52,116 nt of DNA from Rikenellaceae bacterium (GCA_012800665.1 JAAZIW010000004.1:1-52116); one strand, 5' to 3'. Shown: positions 26,146-37,374, counted from the first letter of the stretch. The notes: generated by a model not told the origin, from the letters alone. Numbers and translations are program-made.

Positions 26146-27525
26146 ATGGCGGAAAAAACAAGAACGAAAAGGAGTCTTTGGAACATCTTCGAAAATTTCG
26201 AAGGTGATAATGTGGTATGGATGATAGTCCTGCTGCTGATGCTCATAAGCGTCGTCTGCATGTTCTCCTCCACCTCAAGCCTGGTCGGAAGAGGAATAGA
26301 GCAGTCCCGCATAAATGTGGTGAAGGACCAGATTTTTCTTGTCGCCGCCGGCTTGCTTGTGATAATAGCTGTTTATAATATCCGAAACTTAGCTGTCATC
26401 CGCTGGCTTAGTAAATTGGGATTCATTGTTTCGTTCCTGCTGCTGCTTATCCTTGTCGCAAAACTGAATATCGGTAGCTTCATCAAATCCGGAGGATTTA
26501 ACGATGCGAATAGAATAATCAAGGTAGGGGGCATACAAGTGCATGTGTTCGAGATAGTTAAAGTGTCGATGATAATGTATTTTGCATGGGCTATGGATGC
26601 CCTGAAAAGAGGGAAGCTCGGAGGGCCTGAAAAGCCGGCATGGAAAAAAATCTTGTATATATACGCCCCTTTTGCGATAATTTTTGTGATGGTTCTTTCC
26701 GGAGGTAATTCCAGCGCCATTATTATAGGGGGAATGATGTTCATAATAATAGCTATCGGAGGAGGTGATTTTAAAGACTTGGCGATATTAATAGGAGCAG
26801 GAGTATTGATATTAGGTCTCAGCTACGGCGCTTACAAGTTGTCTGATGGAAAGATAATGGGACGAATCGGGACGGGCGTATCGCGATTGTTCGAGAAAAC
26901 CGACTGGGAAGAAATTGCAAATACCTCCAGGCCGGGTTCTGCAGAATGGTATGATGCCATAGATGAAATACGCCAGCCATACAGTGCAAAAATAGCCATA
27001 CGCGAAGGCGGTTTCTTCGGGAAAGGGCCCGGGCAAAGCACCCAGCGTTATGTAGTATCGAATATGCCGGAAGACTATATGTATTCTTTTATAATAGAAG
27101 AATACGGCATATTAGGCGGAATGGTAGTGCTGATGCTATATATCAGCCTGCTTGCAAGGGGTTCGCTGATAGTGCGCCACTGCGGAAAGGAACTCTTCCC
27201 GAAACTTGCAGCTGCCGGGCTTATTATGCTTATTGTCCTCCAAGCCTTCCTGCATATGTTTGTAAACTGCGACATAGGCCCCATGACCGGCCAAACCCTG
27301 CCCCTAATAAGCAATGGAGCATCTGCATTTCTATGTTTCTGCATGGCCTTCGGAATAATTCTCTCGGTTTCGCGATATGCCTCCAAGAAGATGAAGAAAG
27401 AGCAAATGCAGGCGGCTCCGCTCGTGGAAAGGGAAGAAATCAAGCATGAGCTCGACGCCCTCGACGATTTTGAATCCGGTAAAGTTATAGATGACGAAAT
27501 AATAGACCAGGACTATGACTTATAA
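26146..27525 (+). CDS. ftsW: SEDS family peptidoglycan polymerase FtsW
   Basis: Multi-TM protein; GKGPGQS, DYMYSFIIEEYG, TGQTLPLISNG. Confidence 0.92.
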   Translation: MAEKTRTKRSLWNIFENFEGDNVVWMIVLLLMLISVVCMFSSTSSLVGRGIEQSRINVVKDQIFLVAAGLLVIIAVYNIRNLAVIRWLSKLGFIVSFLLLLILVAKLNIGSFIKSGGFNDANRIIKVGGIQVHVFEIVKVSMIMYFAWAMDALKRGKLGGPEKPAWKKILYIYAPFAIIFVMVLSGGNSSAIIIGGMMFIIIAIGGGDFKDLAILIGAGVLILGLSYGAYKLSDGKIMGRIGTGVSRLFEKTDWEEIANTSRPGSAEWYDAIDEIRQPYSAKIAIREGGFFGKGPGQSTQRYVVSNMPEDYMYSFIIEEYGILGGMVVLMLYISLLARGSLIVRHCGKELFPKLAAAGLIMLIVLQAFLHMFVNCDIGPMTGQTLPLISNGASAFLCFCMAFGIILSVSRYASKKMKKEQMQAAPLVEREEIKHELDALDDFESGKVIDDEIIDQDYDL

Positions 27526-28648
27526 AAAGTTAAGAGTAATAATAAGCGGAGGCGGTACCGGCGGGCATATTTTCCCCGCTATTGCCATTGCAAATAAGCT
27601 GAAGGAACTCAACCCCTCAACTGAAATTCTGTTTGTGGGTGCGGAGGGTAAGATGGAGATGGAAAAGGTGCCTGCAGCCGGCTACAATATCGTAGGCCTG
27701 CCTATAGTGGGTTTGCAGCGGCAGCTTAATCTTAAAAATCTCATCAATAATATTCAGGTGCCTTTCAAATGGCTGGCGAGTCAGCAAAAGGCGGCAAAAG
27801 TGATTTCGGACTTTGCTCCCGATATTGCCGTGGGCGTAGGCGGATATGCCAGCGCTCCCCTGCTGAGAATTGCCGGAAAAAAGGGAATCCCCACTCTGAT
27901 TCAAGAACAGAACAGCTTTGCAGGCATTGCCAACAAGATGCTCGGCAAAAAGGCAGACTGCATCTGTGTGGCCTACGAGGGTATGGAAAGATTTTTCTCT
28001 GCAGACAAGATAGTCTTCAGCGGCAATCCCATACGCAGCGAAATCCATCCTTATACAGAAAAAGACCGTGCCGAGGCCATCTCCTTTTATGGCTTGAATC
28101 CGGCCAAACGCCATATTTTTGTGGTCGGGGGAAGTCTCGGAAGCGGCACCCTCAACGCCAGCATGAAAGGATGGATAAGCGCAAAATGCCCCGGAGGAGA
28201 AGATGTGGAGGTGCTGTGGCAGTGCGGAAGCTATTATAAAAAAGATATAGATGATTTCATGTACGGACGCGAATGCCCCAATGTTCATTATACCGACTTT
28301 ATAAAAAGGATGGACCTGGCCTATGCTGCGGCAGATGTGGTTATATCGCGCAGCGGTGCGTCCTCAGTGTCGGAACTCTGCGCCGCTCGGAAAGCAGTCG
28401 TATTCGTACCGTCACCGAATGTTGCAGAAGACCATCAGACTCATAACGCTATGGCTCTGGTAAATAAAGATGCGGCGCTTATAGTCAAGGATTCTGAAGC
28501 CCGCGGAAAACTGCTTCCTACAGCCTTGGAGCTCGTTCGCGATTCCGAGCGCATAGCAAAACTTTCTAAAAACATAGCTCCGCTCTCAAGGCTTGATGCC
28601 GCACAAACCATAGCGGACGAAATTTATAAACTTGTGCTGAAGAAATGA
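27515..28648 (+). CDS. murG: Undecaprenyl-PP-MurNAc-pentapeptide GlcNAc transferase MurG
   Basis: SGGGTGGHIFP, GVGGYAS, QEQNS, GGSLGS, SRSGA, HQTHNA. Confidence 0.97.
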   Translation: MTYKKLRVIISGGGTGGHIFPAIAIANKLKELNPSTEILFVGAEGKMEMEKVPAAGYNIVGLPIVGLQRQLNLKNLINNIQVPFKWLASQQKAAKVISDFAPDIAVGVGGYASAPLLRIAGKKGIPTLIQEQNSFAGIANKMLGKKADCICVAYEGMERFFSADKIVFSGNPIRSEIHPYTEKDRAEAISFYGLNPAKRHIFVVGGSLGSGTLNASMKGWISAKCPGGEDVEVLWQCGSYYKKDIDDFMYGRECPNVHYTDFIKRMDLAYAAADVVISRSGASSVSELCAARKAVVFVPSPNVAEDHQTHNAMALVNKDAALIVKDSEARGKLLPTALELVRDSERIAKLSKNIAPLSRLDAAQTIADEIYKLVLKK

Positions 28649-29997
28649 AAAACTACAGCCACATATATTTTCTCGGCATAGGCGGCATAGGAATGAGCGC
28701 CATAGCCCGTTATTATGCCTTCAAGGGCTTTAAGGTTTCGGGTTACGACCTTACTCCATCACAGCTTACCGCAGAACTGCAGGCCGAGGGGATAGAAGTG
28801 CATTACGATGACAACCCGGCCCTCATCCCCGCTGATGCGGCCTCCACGCTGATAGTCTACACTCCCGCAATCCCCAAAGAACTCAAAGAATATCAGCATG
28901 TTGTAAATAACGGCTATAAAATTGTCAAGCGCAGCCGTATGCTTGGCGAAATCACAGAAGGGCAGAAGTGCCTTGCAGTGGCGGGCACTCACGGAAAAAC
29001 CACCACTTCCACCTTGGTGGCGCATATACTTACCGAAAGCGGCGAAGGCTGCAGCGCATTCTTGGGCGGCACCTCTAAAAATTACAATACCAACCTATTG
29101 GTAAGCCACAATAAATTAGTGGTGGCGGAAGCCGATGAATTCGACCGCAGCTTTTTACAACTTCACCCCTCCATTGCCGTCATTACTGCTATGGATGCCG
29201 ACCATCTCGACATCTACGGAGATATTGGACATTATCAGGATGCCTTCCGCGACTTTGCGGCGCAGGTATCTGATGCCCTTATAATAAAATACGGCCTTCC
29301 CGTCACAGGCAAGGACACCGGCGCCCGTATCTTTACATACCATCTGAGCGAGCCGAAAGCTGATTTCCGCGCCGAAAATATGCATATCGACTCTTTCGGC
29401 CACTACACCTACGACCTCTGCCATCCCGGCGGAATTATTAAAGACATACGTGTAGGCACTTTAGGCGCTCTCAATGCCGAAAACAGCATTGCCGCCGCTG
29501 CAATCTGCCTGCTTCATGGAACGGATGCAGGGAAAATCCGTCACGCCATAGGCACATATGCAGGAGTGAAGCGCCGCATGGAAGAACATATCAATAGAGA
29601 TAATCTCACATATATAGACGATTATGCGCATCATCCCAACGAACTCGCGGCAGCTATATCTTCCTTGAAAGAGATGTTCCCGAAGCGAAAAATCACCGGG
29701 GTCTTCCAACCCCACCTCTACAGCCGTACGCGGGACTTTGCTTCGGAATTTGCAAATGCGCTCAGTTTGCTCGACAAACTTATATTATTGGATATTTACC
29801 CTGCCCGCGAAGAGCCTATTCCCGGCATAAGCTCCGAAACTATTTTCAAGGATGTAAGCGCAAAAGAAAAAGTTCTGATAAAAAAAGAGGAACTTATGGA
29901 CTACCTCTCGAGGGAAGCGCTTGATGTGCTGGTGACTTTCGGAGCGGGCAATATAGATAGATTTGTAAAACCCATCTGCGAAATGCTTTCAAAATGA
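28645..29997 (+). CDS. murC: UDP-N-acetylmuramate-L-alanine ligase MurC
   Basis: GIGGIGMS, AGTHGKTTT, EADEFD, DDYAHHP, FQPHLYSRT. Confidence 0.97.
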   Translation: MKNYSHIYFLGIGGIGMSAIARYYAFKGFKVSGYDLTPSQLTAELQAEGIEVHYDDNPALIPADAASTLIVYTPAIPKELKEYQHVVNNGYKIVKRSRMLGEITEGQKCLAVAGTHGKTTTSTLVAHILTESGEGCSAFLGGTSKNYNTNLLVSHNKLVVAEADEFDRSFLQLHPSIAVITAMDADHLDIYGDIGHYQDAFRDFAAQVSDALIIKYGLPVTGKDTGARIFTYHLSEPKADFRAENMHIDSFGHYTYDLCHPGGIIKDIRVGTLGALNAENSIAAAAICLLHGTDAGKIRHAIGTYAGVKRRMEEHINRDNLTYIDDYAHHPNELAAAISSLKEMFPKRKITGVFQPHLYSRTRDFASEFANALSLLDKLILLDIYPAREEPIPGISSETIFKDVSAKEKVLIKKEELMDYLSREALDVLVTFGAGNIDRFVKPICEMLSK

Positions 29998-30773
29998 AAA
30001 AGGTCTTGCGCAACTTGCTTTTTATCCTTGTAGTGGCGGCTTTCGGGCTTGCTACGGCCTTCGTATACGGCTTTGCTTCGGAGTCGCGAAGGACAATCAC
30101 CTGCAAGGGGCTTGAAGTAAGTCTTGACAAGACCCGCTCTTTTGTCAGCGAGCAGGATATAAAAGATTATCTTAGAATCTATTACGGACCTTATATAGGC
30201 GAAAGAATCGACAGCGTGAATCTCGATCGGATAGAAACCATACTCGACCGCAGGAGCGCAATCCGGAAAAGCCAGGCCTGGACTACGGATGACGGCATTC
30301 TTCATATAAGCATCACCCAAAGAGAACCCGTGGTCCGCTTCCAAAGGAATTCTGCAGAAGGCTTTTATGCAGATGAAAGCGGATATATTTTCCCCCTCCA
30401 AAAGGCCTATACCCCCTTAGTGCCTGTGGTGGTCGGGAACTTCCCTCTTAAAGAAGGGGCCGGCTATAAGGGAGAGCCCTCCACACCGGCAGGGAAAGAA
30501 TGGATGGAAGGACTGCTTGACCTGATTAAGTATATGAATAACAGCAAGATATGGGCAGAGAACATATCGGATATTTGGGTAAGCACAAACGGTGACTTCG
30601 TGCTCATTCCGCGGGAAGGAAAAGAAAGATTCATCTTCGGCAATACCAAAGACATCAAGGAAAAATTCGGAAGGATGGAAAAATATTATGAATATATCCG
30701 TCCGGCCAAAGAGGAAGGCTGGTACCGCAGTGTGAATGTGAAATACAAGGACAGGATAATTTGCAGACGATAA
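29994..30773 (+). CDS. ftsQ: Cell division protein FtsQ/DivIB
   Basis: N-terminal TM, POTRA-like region, QREPVVR; between murC and ftsA. Confidence 0.85.
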   Translation: MKKVLRNLLFILVVAAFGLATAFVYGFASESRRTITCKGLEVSLDKTRSFVSEQDIKDYLRIYYGPYIGERIDSVNLDRIETILDRRSAIRKSQAWTTDDGILHISITQREPVVRFQRNSAEGFYADESGYIFPLQKAYTPLVPVVVGNFPLKEGAGYKGEPSTPAGKEWMEGLLDLIKYMNNSKIWAENISDIWVSTNGDFVLIPREGKERFIFGNTKDIKEKFGRMEKYYEYIRPAKEEGWYRSVNVKYKDRIICRR

Positions 30774-30785
30774 AAACACAAGCAT

Positions 30786-32219
30786 ATGAAAGAAAGATAT
30801 ATAGCAACAGTAGACTTGGGGACGGGGAAACTTGCCCTGTCGGTAGCCCGCGTATTGGAAGAAGACGTGGAAGTTCTCTATTACCGTGAGCGGCCATCGG
30901 ATGGAATGCGTTACGGCCGCATCTTCAATCCCCTCCTCGCTTCCGTCCCCCTTACAGAAGCAGTAAAAGAAGCGGAAGAAGAATTGGGGATTAAAATACG
31001 TCAGGTAGTTATAGGTCTTCCTCGCTACGGAGTTCGTCAGGAAACTGCCAGCGCATCCATAGAAAGAAGCGACCCGAGCACTTGCATCTCACAAGAAGAG
31101 ATAGATGCAATAAAAGACATGGCCCTTGAAACCTATCCGCTCGAAAACGAAGCGCTCGAAGAAATATACGGTTCAGTGGCGCAATCCTTCAGTACCGATG
31201 ACACCATGAATTTCAGCGAAAAAGATGTTGTAGGGATACCTTCTGCAAGTTTGGGGGGAAACTTCAAAGTATATGTAGGGGCGAAGAGAGCTATAAGCAA
31301 TATAGACCTGATGCTGGGCAATGCCGGAGTGGCTGAAGCGGCCAAATACTTTCTGCCTATGTCCACGGCCGATGCGGTGCTCTCGGATGGAGAAAAAGAA
31401 AGCGGTGTGGCGCTTATAGAAATAGGAGCGGGAGTTACCAGCCTTACAATCTATCAAAACAAAATTCTGCGCTATTATTTCGCCATCCCCTTCGGCGGCA
31501 AGAGTATTACCACCGACATTAAATTCGAATGCGGCTTTACCGAAAATCTTGCAGAAAACATCAAACTCGCATTCGGAGCCTGCATGCCCGAAAAACTGCA
31601 GAATATGAGCGAAAAAGTGCTTCAAATCAATGATTACGATGCCGGAACTCCGCGGATTCTGCCGGTTAAATACCTGTCCGAAATCATTACCGCCCGCACC
31701 GAAGAAATAATAGATGCAATCCTTTTCAAGATTCAGGAAAGCGGATATGCCGACAACCTGCGAAGCGGCATCGTTCTTAGCGGAGGCTGCGCCAATATGA
31801 TAAACTGCAGCAATCTCATTAAGCAGATGTCGGGCTACAATGTACGCATAGGTTATCCCCGGACCAAGAAACTCTCCTCCAGCGGATGCCCGGGCATAAA
31901 TGAAACCGGAGCAGCGGCAAGCGTAGGCATGCTCTTGCTTGCGGCCGCCGATACTCATATAGACTGCGCTTCGGAAAAGCAGCAACGCAGCCAAAGCGCC
32001 AGACAAGGCAAAACGGCGGAAAAGCCGGAAAAAAATGAAAAGAAAGGAAAGGCTATAAAGGCCGGCGGACAAATGGAAATATTCGGTCCCGATGAAATAG
32101 AAATTGTAGAGCCGCCTAAAAAAGAGAAGACCCCCAAGAAAAAAAATAACTTTATTACATGGACAAAGAATAGATTGAATGAATTCATGGGAGATCTGTA
32201 TGATGGTATGGACGAATAA
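30786..32219 (+). CDS. ftsA: Cell division protein FtsA
   Basis: VDLGTGK, EIGAGVT, PFGGKSITTDI, AENIK, GIVLSGG actin-like ATPase motifs. Confidence 0.95.
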   Translation: MKERYIATVDLGTGKLALSVARVLEEDVEVLYYRERPSDGMRYGRIFNPLLASVPLTEAVKEAEEELGIKIRQVVIGLPRYGVRQETASASIERSDPSTCISQEEIDAIKDMALETYPLENEALEEIYGSVAQSFSTDDTMNFSEKDVVGIPSASLGGNFKVYVGAKRAISNIDLMLGNAGVAEAAKYFLPMSTADAVLSDGEKESGVALIEIGAGVTSLTIYQNKILRYYFAIPFGGKSITTDIKFECGFTENLAENIKLAFGACMPEKLQNMSEKVLQINDYDAGTPRILPVKYLSEIITARTEEIIDAILFKIQESGYADNLRSGIVLSGGCANMINCSNLIKQMSGYNVRIGYPRTKKLSSSGCPGINETGAAASVGMLLLAAADTHIDCASEKQQRSQSARQGKTAEKPEKNEKKGKAIKAGGQMEIFGPDEIEIVEPPKKEKTPKKKNNFITWTKNRLNEFMGDLYDGMDE

Positions 32220-32234
32220 TAAAATTTAAGGAAA

Positions 32235-33491
32235 ATGAATAAACACGAAATAATAACCCCCTCCGATTGGGTGGTATCAGATGCAACAATAAAAGTTCTC
32301 GGCGTAGGCGGAGGAGGCTGCAATGCAGTAAGCTACATGTACCGGCAGGGTATAAAAGGTTGCAGTTTTGTGGTTTGCAACACCGATTCCATGGCGCTGA
32401 ACGGCAGTTCTGTACCCAATAAGATTCAATTGGGGCGGGGGCTGGGTGCCGGCACCGACCCCATTAAAGGACGCAACGCCGCCATAAACAATCAGGATAA
32501 AATTGCGGAAACTCTGTTTGACGGCAGTACCGAAATGCTCTTCATTACTGCAGGCATGGGTGGAGGTACAGGCACGGGTGCAACTCCGGTGATAGCTAAA
32601 ATGGCGAAAGACAAAGGCATACTCACAGTGGCCGTAGTCACCATCCCCTTCCTCAACGAAGGCAAAAAAGTTCTTGTGAGAGCCATAGAGGGCATTCGCG
32701 AGCTGAAAGAGAATGTGGACAGCCTTATCATCATCAACAACGAAAAGCTATACGACTATTATGGTGACGAGCTCATACACGACGCTTTTCCCAAAGCCGA
32801 CCAAGTGCTCGCCACCGCCGTACGCGGCATTATAGAAATAATAAAGAAGTCTGGATATATAAATGTAGACTTCGAGGATGTGAAAACCCTGATGAAAGAC
32901 AGCGGAATGGCTCTGATGGGAAGCGGCATAGGAAAAGGGCCCAACCGGATAGACGATGCTTTGAAAGGCGCATTCGAATCCCCTTTGCTGAACGACTTCG
33001 ACCTCAAGAGCGCAAAGAACGTGTTGGTTAACATTACGGTAGGCAAAACCGAACAGGGGCTTACGATGAAAGAATTGCAGGAAATCAATAATAAAATTGA
33101 TGAATACACCGGCGGAGCCAATAAATTCAAAAGCGGTATAATTTGGGAAGAGGGAGACGGGATAGAAGACCGAATCCAAATAACTACCATAGTTACCGGA
33201 TTGAACTTCTCTAACATACTAGGCGAAAGGGAAAGAGAACTCGACAATTATATAGTAATCGACAAAAACTTCGTCTACGATAAAGAGGAACTCTCAAAAA
33301 GCGAAGGAATTTCCCTACCCTCGGATGCCGGCTCACATATAGGTTTCTCCAGCAAGGACGGAGAAAGAACTTTCCGTTACGACCCGGACAATCGCCCTGC
33401 GCTGCTTATAAGCGAAGGACAAAGCATATCAGATTTGGAAAAAACGCCTGCAATACGCAGGTCGATTAAAAAAGAGCATAAATCAGCTTAG
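32235..33491 (+). CDS. ftsZ: Cell division protein FtsZ
   Basis: [34 protein letters not shown]. Confidence 0.97.
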   Translation: MNKHEIITPSDWVVSDATIKVLGVGGGGCNAVSYMYRQGIKGCSFVVCNTDSMALNGSSVPNKIQLGRGLGAGTDPIKGRNAAINNQDKIAETLFDGSTEMLFITAGMGGGTGTGATPVIAKMAKDKGILTVAVVTIPFLNEGKKVLVRAIEGIRELKENVDSLIIINNEKLYDYYGDELIHDAFPKADQVLATAVRGIIEIIKKSGYINVDFEDVKTLMKDSGMALMGSGIGKGPNRIDDALKGAFESPLLNDFDLKSAKNVLVNITVGKTEQGLTMKELQEINNKIDEYTGGANKFKSGIIWEEGDGIEDRIQITTIVTGLNFSNILGERERELDNYIVIDKNFVYDKEELSKSEGISLPSDAGSHIGFSSKDGERTFRYDPDNRPALLISEGQSISDLEKTPAIRRSIKKEHKSA

Positions 33492-33914
33492 CGGAATCTT
33501 ATCTATGCGGCGCTGGTGTCTGCCTCCCTCAAAAGAGGCGTCCAGCCATGCGCGCACGCAGCTTACCGCCATTCGGTAGCTTATGAAGCGGGCAGGCAGA
33601 ACAAGCACGTTGGCGTTGTTATGCTCCTTTGCCAGACTCGCCAAAGAGGTGTTCCAGGCAAGACCCGCACGTATGCCCCGATGCTGATTGAGCGTCATTG
33701 CCATTCCGTTGCCGGTTCCGCAAAGAGCTATGCCGCAATCCGCCTCTCCGGTCTCGACTGCATTTGCAAGAAGATGGGCGAAATCGGGATAATCGCAGGA
33801 ATCGGAACTGTTTGTACCGAAATTAAGCACTTCGAAGCCTTTGCCTAAAAGATAGGATATAAGACGGTTTTTATAATCGAAACCGGCATGGTCGCTGCAA
33901 ATTCCTATTTTCAT
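33483..33914 (-). CDS. rpiB: Ribose-5-phosphate isomerase B
   Basis: SDHAG, DYPD, CGTGNG, EHNNANVL, FEGGRHQRR. Confidence 0.95.
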   Translation of the reverse strand: MKIGICSDHAGFDYKNRLISYLLGKGFEVLNFGTNSSDSCDYPDFAHLLANAVETGEADCGIALCGTGNGMAMTLNQHRGIRAGLAWNTSLASLAKEHNNANVLVLPARFISYRMAVSCVRAWLDASFEGGRHQRRIDKIPLS

Positions 33915-35473
33915 GTTCCAAGAGTTTTAAATGCATTGTCTATGCGGCGGACAGTTTCCTGCAGGCCGATTGTATAAATGATTTCAGCTATCCCTAAGCC
34001 GCTGGCCGAGCCTGTAAGGGAGAGCCTGAGAGAGTTCATGACTTTTCCGAAAGGCCACTGGTTCGACCTGATATAATTTTCTATCGACTCTGCAATGGCC
34101 GCAACTTCCAATTCACTCTTATATGCGGCGATATGGCTGCGCAGTTTGGAAAGGTACCCGCAATTTTCAGCAGTCCAAAATTTGGCGGCATCCTTTTGAA
34201 CATATTCCGAAGGAGCCACAAAAAGATATGGCGCTGCCGTCCAGAAGTCAGCTACGAAAGTTGCACGATCCTTGATTACGGAAATGGCCCTGGCGGTATA
34301 CTCCTCTGTCGCCTCAACCCCATGCTCCTTCAAAATAGGAAGATACAGCTTAGCGAGCTCCGTGTCGCTCTTTGCGCGCAAATATTCCCTATTATACCAT
34401 TTTGCCTTTTCGGGATTGAAGTGCGCCCCGGACCTTATCACCCTTTCGAGCGAAAAAGCCTCCACCAACTCATCCAAAGAAAGAATTTCCCTTTCATCTC
34501 CCGGGTTCCAGCCCAAAAATGCAAGCATATTTATAAAGGCCTCGGGAAAATAACCCGCCCCGCGGTAAGAGTTGGTAACTTCACCGTCGGTCCCCGTCCA
34601 AGGAAGAGGAAAAACAGGAAAACCGAGTTTGTCTCCATCCCTCTTGCTGAGTTTACCCTGTCCGCCCGGCTTAAGCAATAAAGACAAATGGGCGAAGCGG
34701 GGCCTGCTGCTCTCCCAGCCGAAAGACTTGTAAAGCATATAATGCAGAGGGAGAGAGGGCAGCCATTCCTCGCCGCGGATTACCTCTGTTATTTCCATAA
34801 GGTAATCGTCCACTATGTTTGCAAGATGATATGTGGGGAGCTCATCTGCTCTTTTCCAAAGCACTTTGTCATCCAAAGTTTCAGTATTCACCTCTATATG
34901 CCCGCGAATCAAATCGTCCATTGCCACAATCTCGTTTTCAGGCATTTTAAAGCGTATAGTCCAGCCGGTGGTGGTTTCCAGCAGATGCTCCACCTCGGAT
35001 GCGCTGAGAGTCAGAGAATTGCGAAGACCCTTGCGGGTAACTTGATTATAAATGAAAGTTTGTCCCTTGGATTCGGCCTCAGCACGTTTTGCAACAAGTT
35101 CTTCTGCAGAATCAAAAGCATAATAGGCATAGCCGTTTTGTATCAGCTGCTCGGCATAAGCGCGATAAATGCCGCGCCTCTGACTCTGCCTGTACGGCCC
35201 GTGCGGATGCCTGGCAGATGCCTCCTCAACTATCTTTCCGTTTTCCACGCCTTCATCAGGAGTAATGCCGCACCATTCGAGGGCTCCTATAATATATTCC
35301 TCCGCCCCGCTCACGAAGCGTGCGGAATCGGTGTCCTCGATTCTAAGAACGAATGTTCCATTATGCTGCTTGGCATAAAGATAATTATACAAGGCGGTAC
35401 GCACTCCGCCGATATGAAGGGGACCTGTCGGAGAAGGTGCAAAACGAACCCTGGTTTTTTTGTTTTCTGACAT
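33911..35473 (-). CDS. gltX: Glutamate-tRNA ligase
   Basis: RVRFAPSPTGPLHIGG, RIEDTD, PTYHLA, KLSKRDG; start MSENKK at 35473. Confidence 0.96.
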   Translation of the reverse strand: MSENKKTRVRFAPSPTGPLHIGGVRTALYNYLYAKQHNGTFVLRIEDTDSARFVSGAEEYIIGALEWCGITPDEGVENGKIVEEASARHPHGPYRQSQRRGIYRAYAEQLIQNGYAYYAFDSAEELVAKRAEAESKGQTFIYNQVTRKGLRNSLTLSASEVEHLLETTTGWTIRFKMPENEIVAMDDLIRGHIEVNTETLDDKVLWKRADELPTYHLANIVDDYLMEITEVIRGEEWLPSLPLHYMLYKSFGWESSRPRFAHLSLLLKPGGQGKLSKRDGDKLGFPVFPLPWTGTDGEVTNSYRGAGYFPEAFINMLAFLGWNPGDEREILSLDELVEAFSLERVIRSGAHFNPEKAKWYNREYLRAKSDTELAKLYLPILKEHGVEATEEYTARAISVIKDRATFVADFWTAAPYLFVAPSEYVQKDAAKFWTAENCGYLSKLRSHIAAYKSELEVAAIAESIENYIRSNQWPFGKVMNSLRLSLTGSASGLGIAEIIYTIGLQETVRRIDNAFKTLGT

Positions 35474-35512
35474 ACAAGCTATAAATATACAAAATTTATC
35501 GACCTGCGCCAA

Positions 35513-37210
35513 TTATTTCCTGAGACGGCGGCAGGACATTATAGCCTGCGATACGTTTATAATAAAATCGCCCATCCGTTCAAGCTCGTCCAGCACCTTC
35601 AAGAAAAGCATGCTGTTGAAATAAGCATCCCCTTCAGCGCCTGAGACATATTCCTTATTGCGGAGAGCATCGCGCCTGGCATTTACTGCAATCTCTGCAT
35701 CCACCGCATTATTTATATCCTGTATTGTATCGAAGTTTGCAAGATTGTAATTCATCACATCAAAAGCCTCATCCACCACTGTCACCATCTGGTCCAAAGC
35801 ATCCAAATGTTCTTTCGAGAAATGATTTCCATGATCGTTCTTTTGCACAAGGGCGCGGCTGATGGCCTCGCCTGAATCACCTAAGCTCTCAAGCTCGCCG
35901 GCAATGCGTTTGAGGCTGCGGGCCTTTTGCTGGGTTTCTTCGCTCATGGCGGTGCGGTCCAAACCATCTATGAAATCGAAGATCTGCACTTCTATACGGT
36001 CGGAAACCTCTTCATATCGAACAAGCTTTTTACGGTAAAACTCAAATTCCTTGGGATCGTCTGCTGTCTCTATTGCTTTTCGCACATAAGCAAGCCCCTT
36101 TTGCATGATTTTGCCGAAATGCACTGTTTCGTTGGATGCCTCTATCACGGCAAGTTCCGGGGTGGGAGGCACAAAACCGGCATGTATATACGTGAGTTTG
36201 AGTGCTTTATCTTCCTCAGTCTGAGCTTTGTCAGGAATAATCCAAGTAACCAATTTAGCTATCAAAGGAATGAACCAAATAAGCAGTGTGGTATTTATGA
36301 GGTTGAACATCGTGTGCATCATAGACACGCTGTACAGATATGTCTGGGATGGGTCACTGTCGAGGCCGAGCGCATGAATGACCTTTTCCACCAGCCCTAA
36401 AAAGGGATTGAAAAAAGCAACCGCCCAAATAACTCCGATTACATTGAAAACAGTATGTGCAAGAGCTGCCCGTTTTGCATTGCGCGATGCCACCACAGCA
36501 GCTATGTTTGCAGTAATGGTAGTGCCTATATTCTCTCCCAACACCATTGCCGCCGCCATAGGAAATTGAATCCAACCCATGCTGACCATTATAAGCGTAA
36601 ACGCTACCGTAGCGGAAGAACTTTGCAGCACTACCGTGAGCAGCGTGCCGAACATCAAGAATAAAAGCACGCTCCCTAATCCGTGTCCGCTCCAATTCTG
36701 CACAAAGGCAAACGCTTCGGGGTTGCTTTCCAAGCTTGGTACAGAATTCTTCATAAAAGAGAGGCCTAAAAACAATAGGGAAAAGCCTATCACTGACTCT
36801 CCTATACTCCGGGTACGGTCTTGCTTGCTGAGACTGAGGATAAAACCTATTGCCATGAAAGGCACTGCCAAAAGCGCTATGTCGAACTTGAATCCGAACA
36901 CCGATACTATCCAGGCAGTGACAGTGGTGCCTATGTTAGCTCCCATAATCACCCCTATGGCCTGAACAAGCGTGAGCAGTCCTGCATTCACAAAGCTCAC
37001 AACCATAACGGTTGTTGCGCTTGAAGACTGGATTATGGCAGTTGTGCCCAAACCTGTGAGCACGCCTTTAAAAGGATTGGAAGTAAAAGATGCCAATAGT
37101 CTGCGAAGACCCTTGCCGGCTGCTTTCTGAAGTCCACCGCTCATAAGGTTCATTCCATACAGGAACATGCCTAATGCACCGATGAGGGTGAGAATCTGTA
37201 ATAATGACAT
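35513..37210 (-). CDS. Na/Pi cotransporter family protein with PhoU-like C-terminal domain
   Basis: Duplicated QSSSAT and GANIGTT/GENIGTT motifs; ELESLGD/ELERMGD PhoU-like helices. Confidence 0.93.
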   Translation of the reverse strand: MSLLQILTLIGALGMFLYGMNLMSGGLQKAAGKGLRRLLASFTSNPFKGVLTGLGTTAIIQSSSATTVMVVSFVNAGLLTLVQAIGVIMGANIGTTVTAWIVSVFGFKFDIALLAVPFMAIGFILSLSKQDRTRSIGESVIGFSLLFLGLSFMKNSVPSLESNPEAFAFVQNWSGHGLGSVLLFLMFGTLLTVVLQSSSATVAFTLIMVSMGWIQFPMAAAMVLGENIGTTITANIAAVVASRNAKRAALAHTVFNVIGVIWAVAFFNPFLGLVEKVIHALGLDSDPSQTYLYSVSMMHTMFNLINTTLLIWFIPLIAKLVTWIIPDKAQTEEDKALKLTYIHAGFVPPTPELAVIEASNETVHFGKIMQKGLAYVRKAIETADDPKEFEFYRKKLVRYEEVSDRIEVQIFDFIDGLDRTAMSEETQQKARSLKRIAGELESLGDSGEAISRALVQKNDHGNHFSKEHLDALDQMVTVVDEAFDVMNYNLANFDTIQDINNAVDAEIAVNARRDALRNKEYVSGAEGDAYFNSMLFLKVLDELERMGDFIINVSQAIMSCRRLRK

Positions 37211-37305
37211 AATTATATTTGTTTGCGGGGCAAATTTCGGGTTTTTCTTTTACTCCGGCAAGGGCTTGAAGAAAAAAGACGGCTGAGTTATCAACAAGAA
37301 ATTAT

Positions 37306-37364
37306 AAAAAAGGCTCTTGCATTGTCTCAGAGCTATAATCATTGACAAAGGCAAGAGCCTGTTT
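37306..37364 (-). terminator. Long hairpin/terminator after tRNA-Leu
   Basis: aggctcttgc (37311-37320) / gcaagagcct (37351-37360), extended by ttgtc/gacaa; T tract follows on the minus strand. Confidence 0.65.
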
Positions 37365-37374
37365 TAAGAAAATG

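Noticed and set aside
37211-37374. Possible att site or Pho box between tRNA-Leu and the Na/Pi symporter
   Set aside because: No duplicated tRNA 3' end, no integrase and no convincing 11-bp direct repeats; only a terminator-like hairpin.
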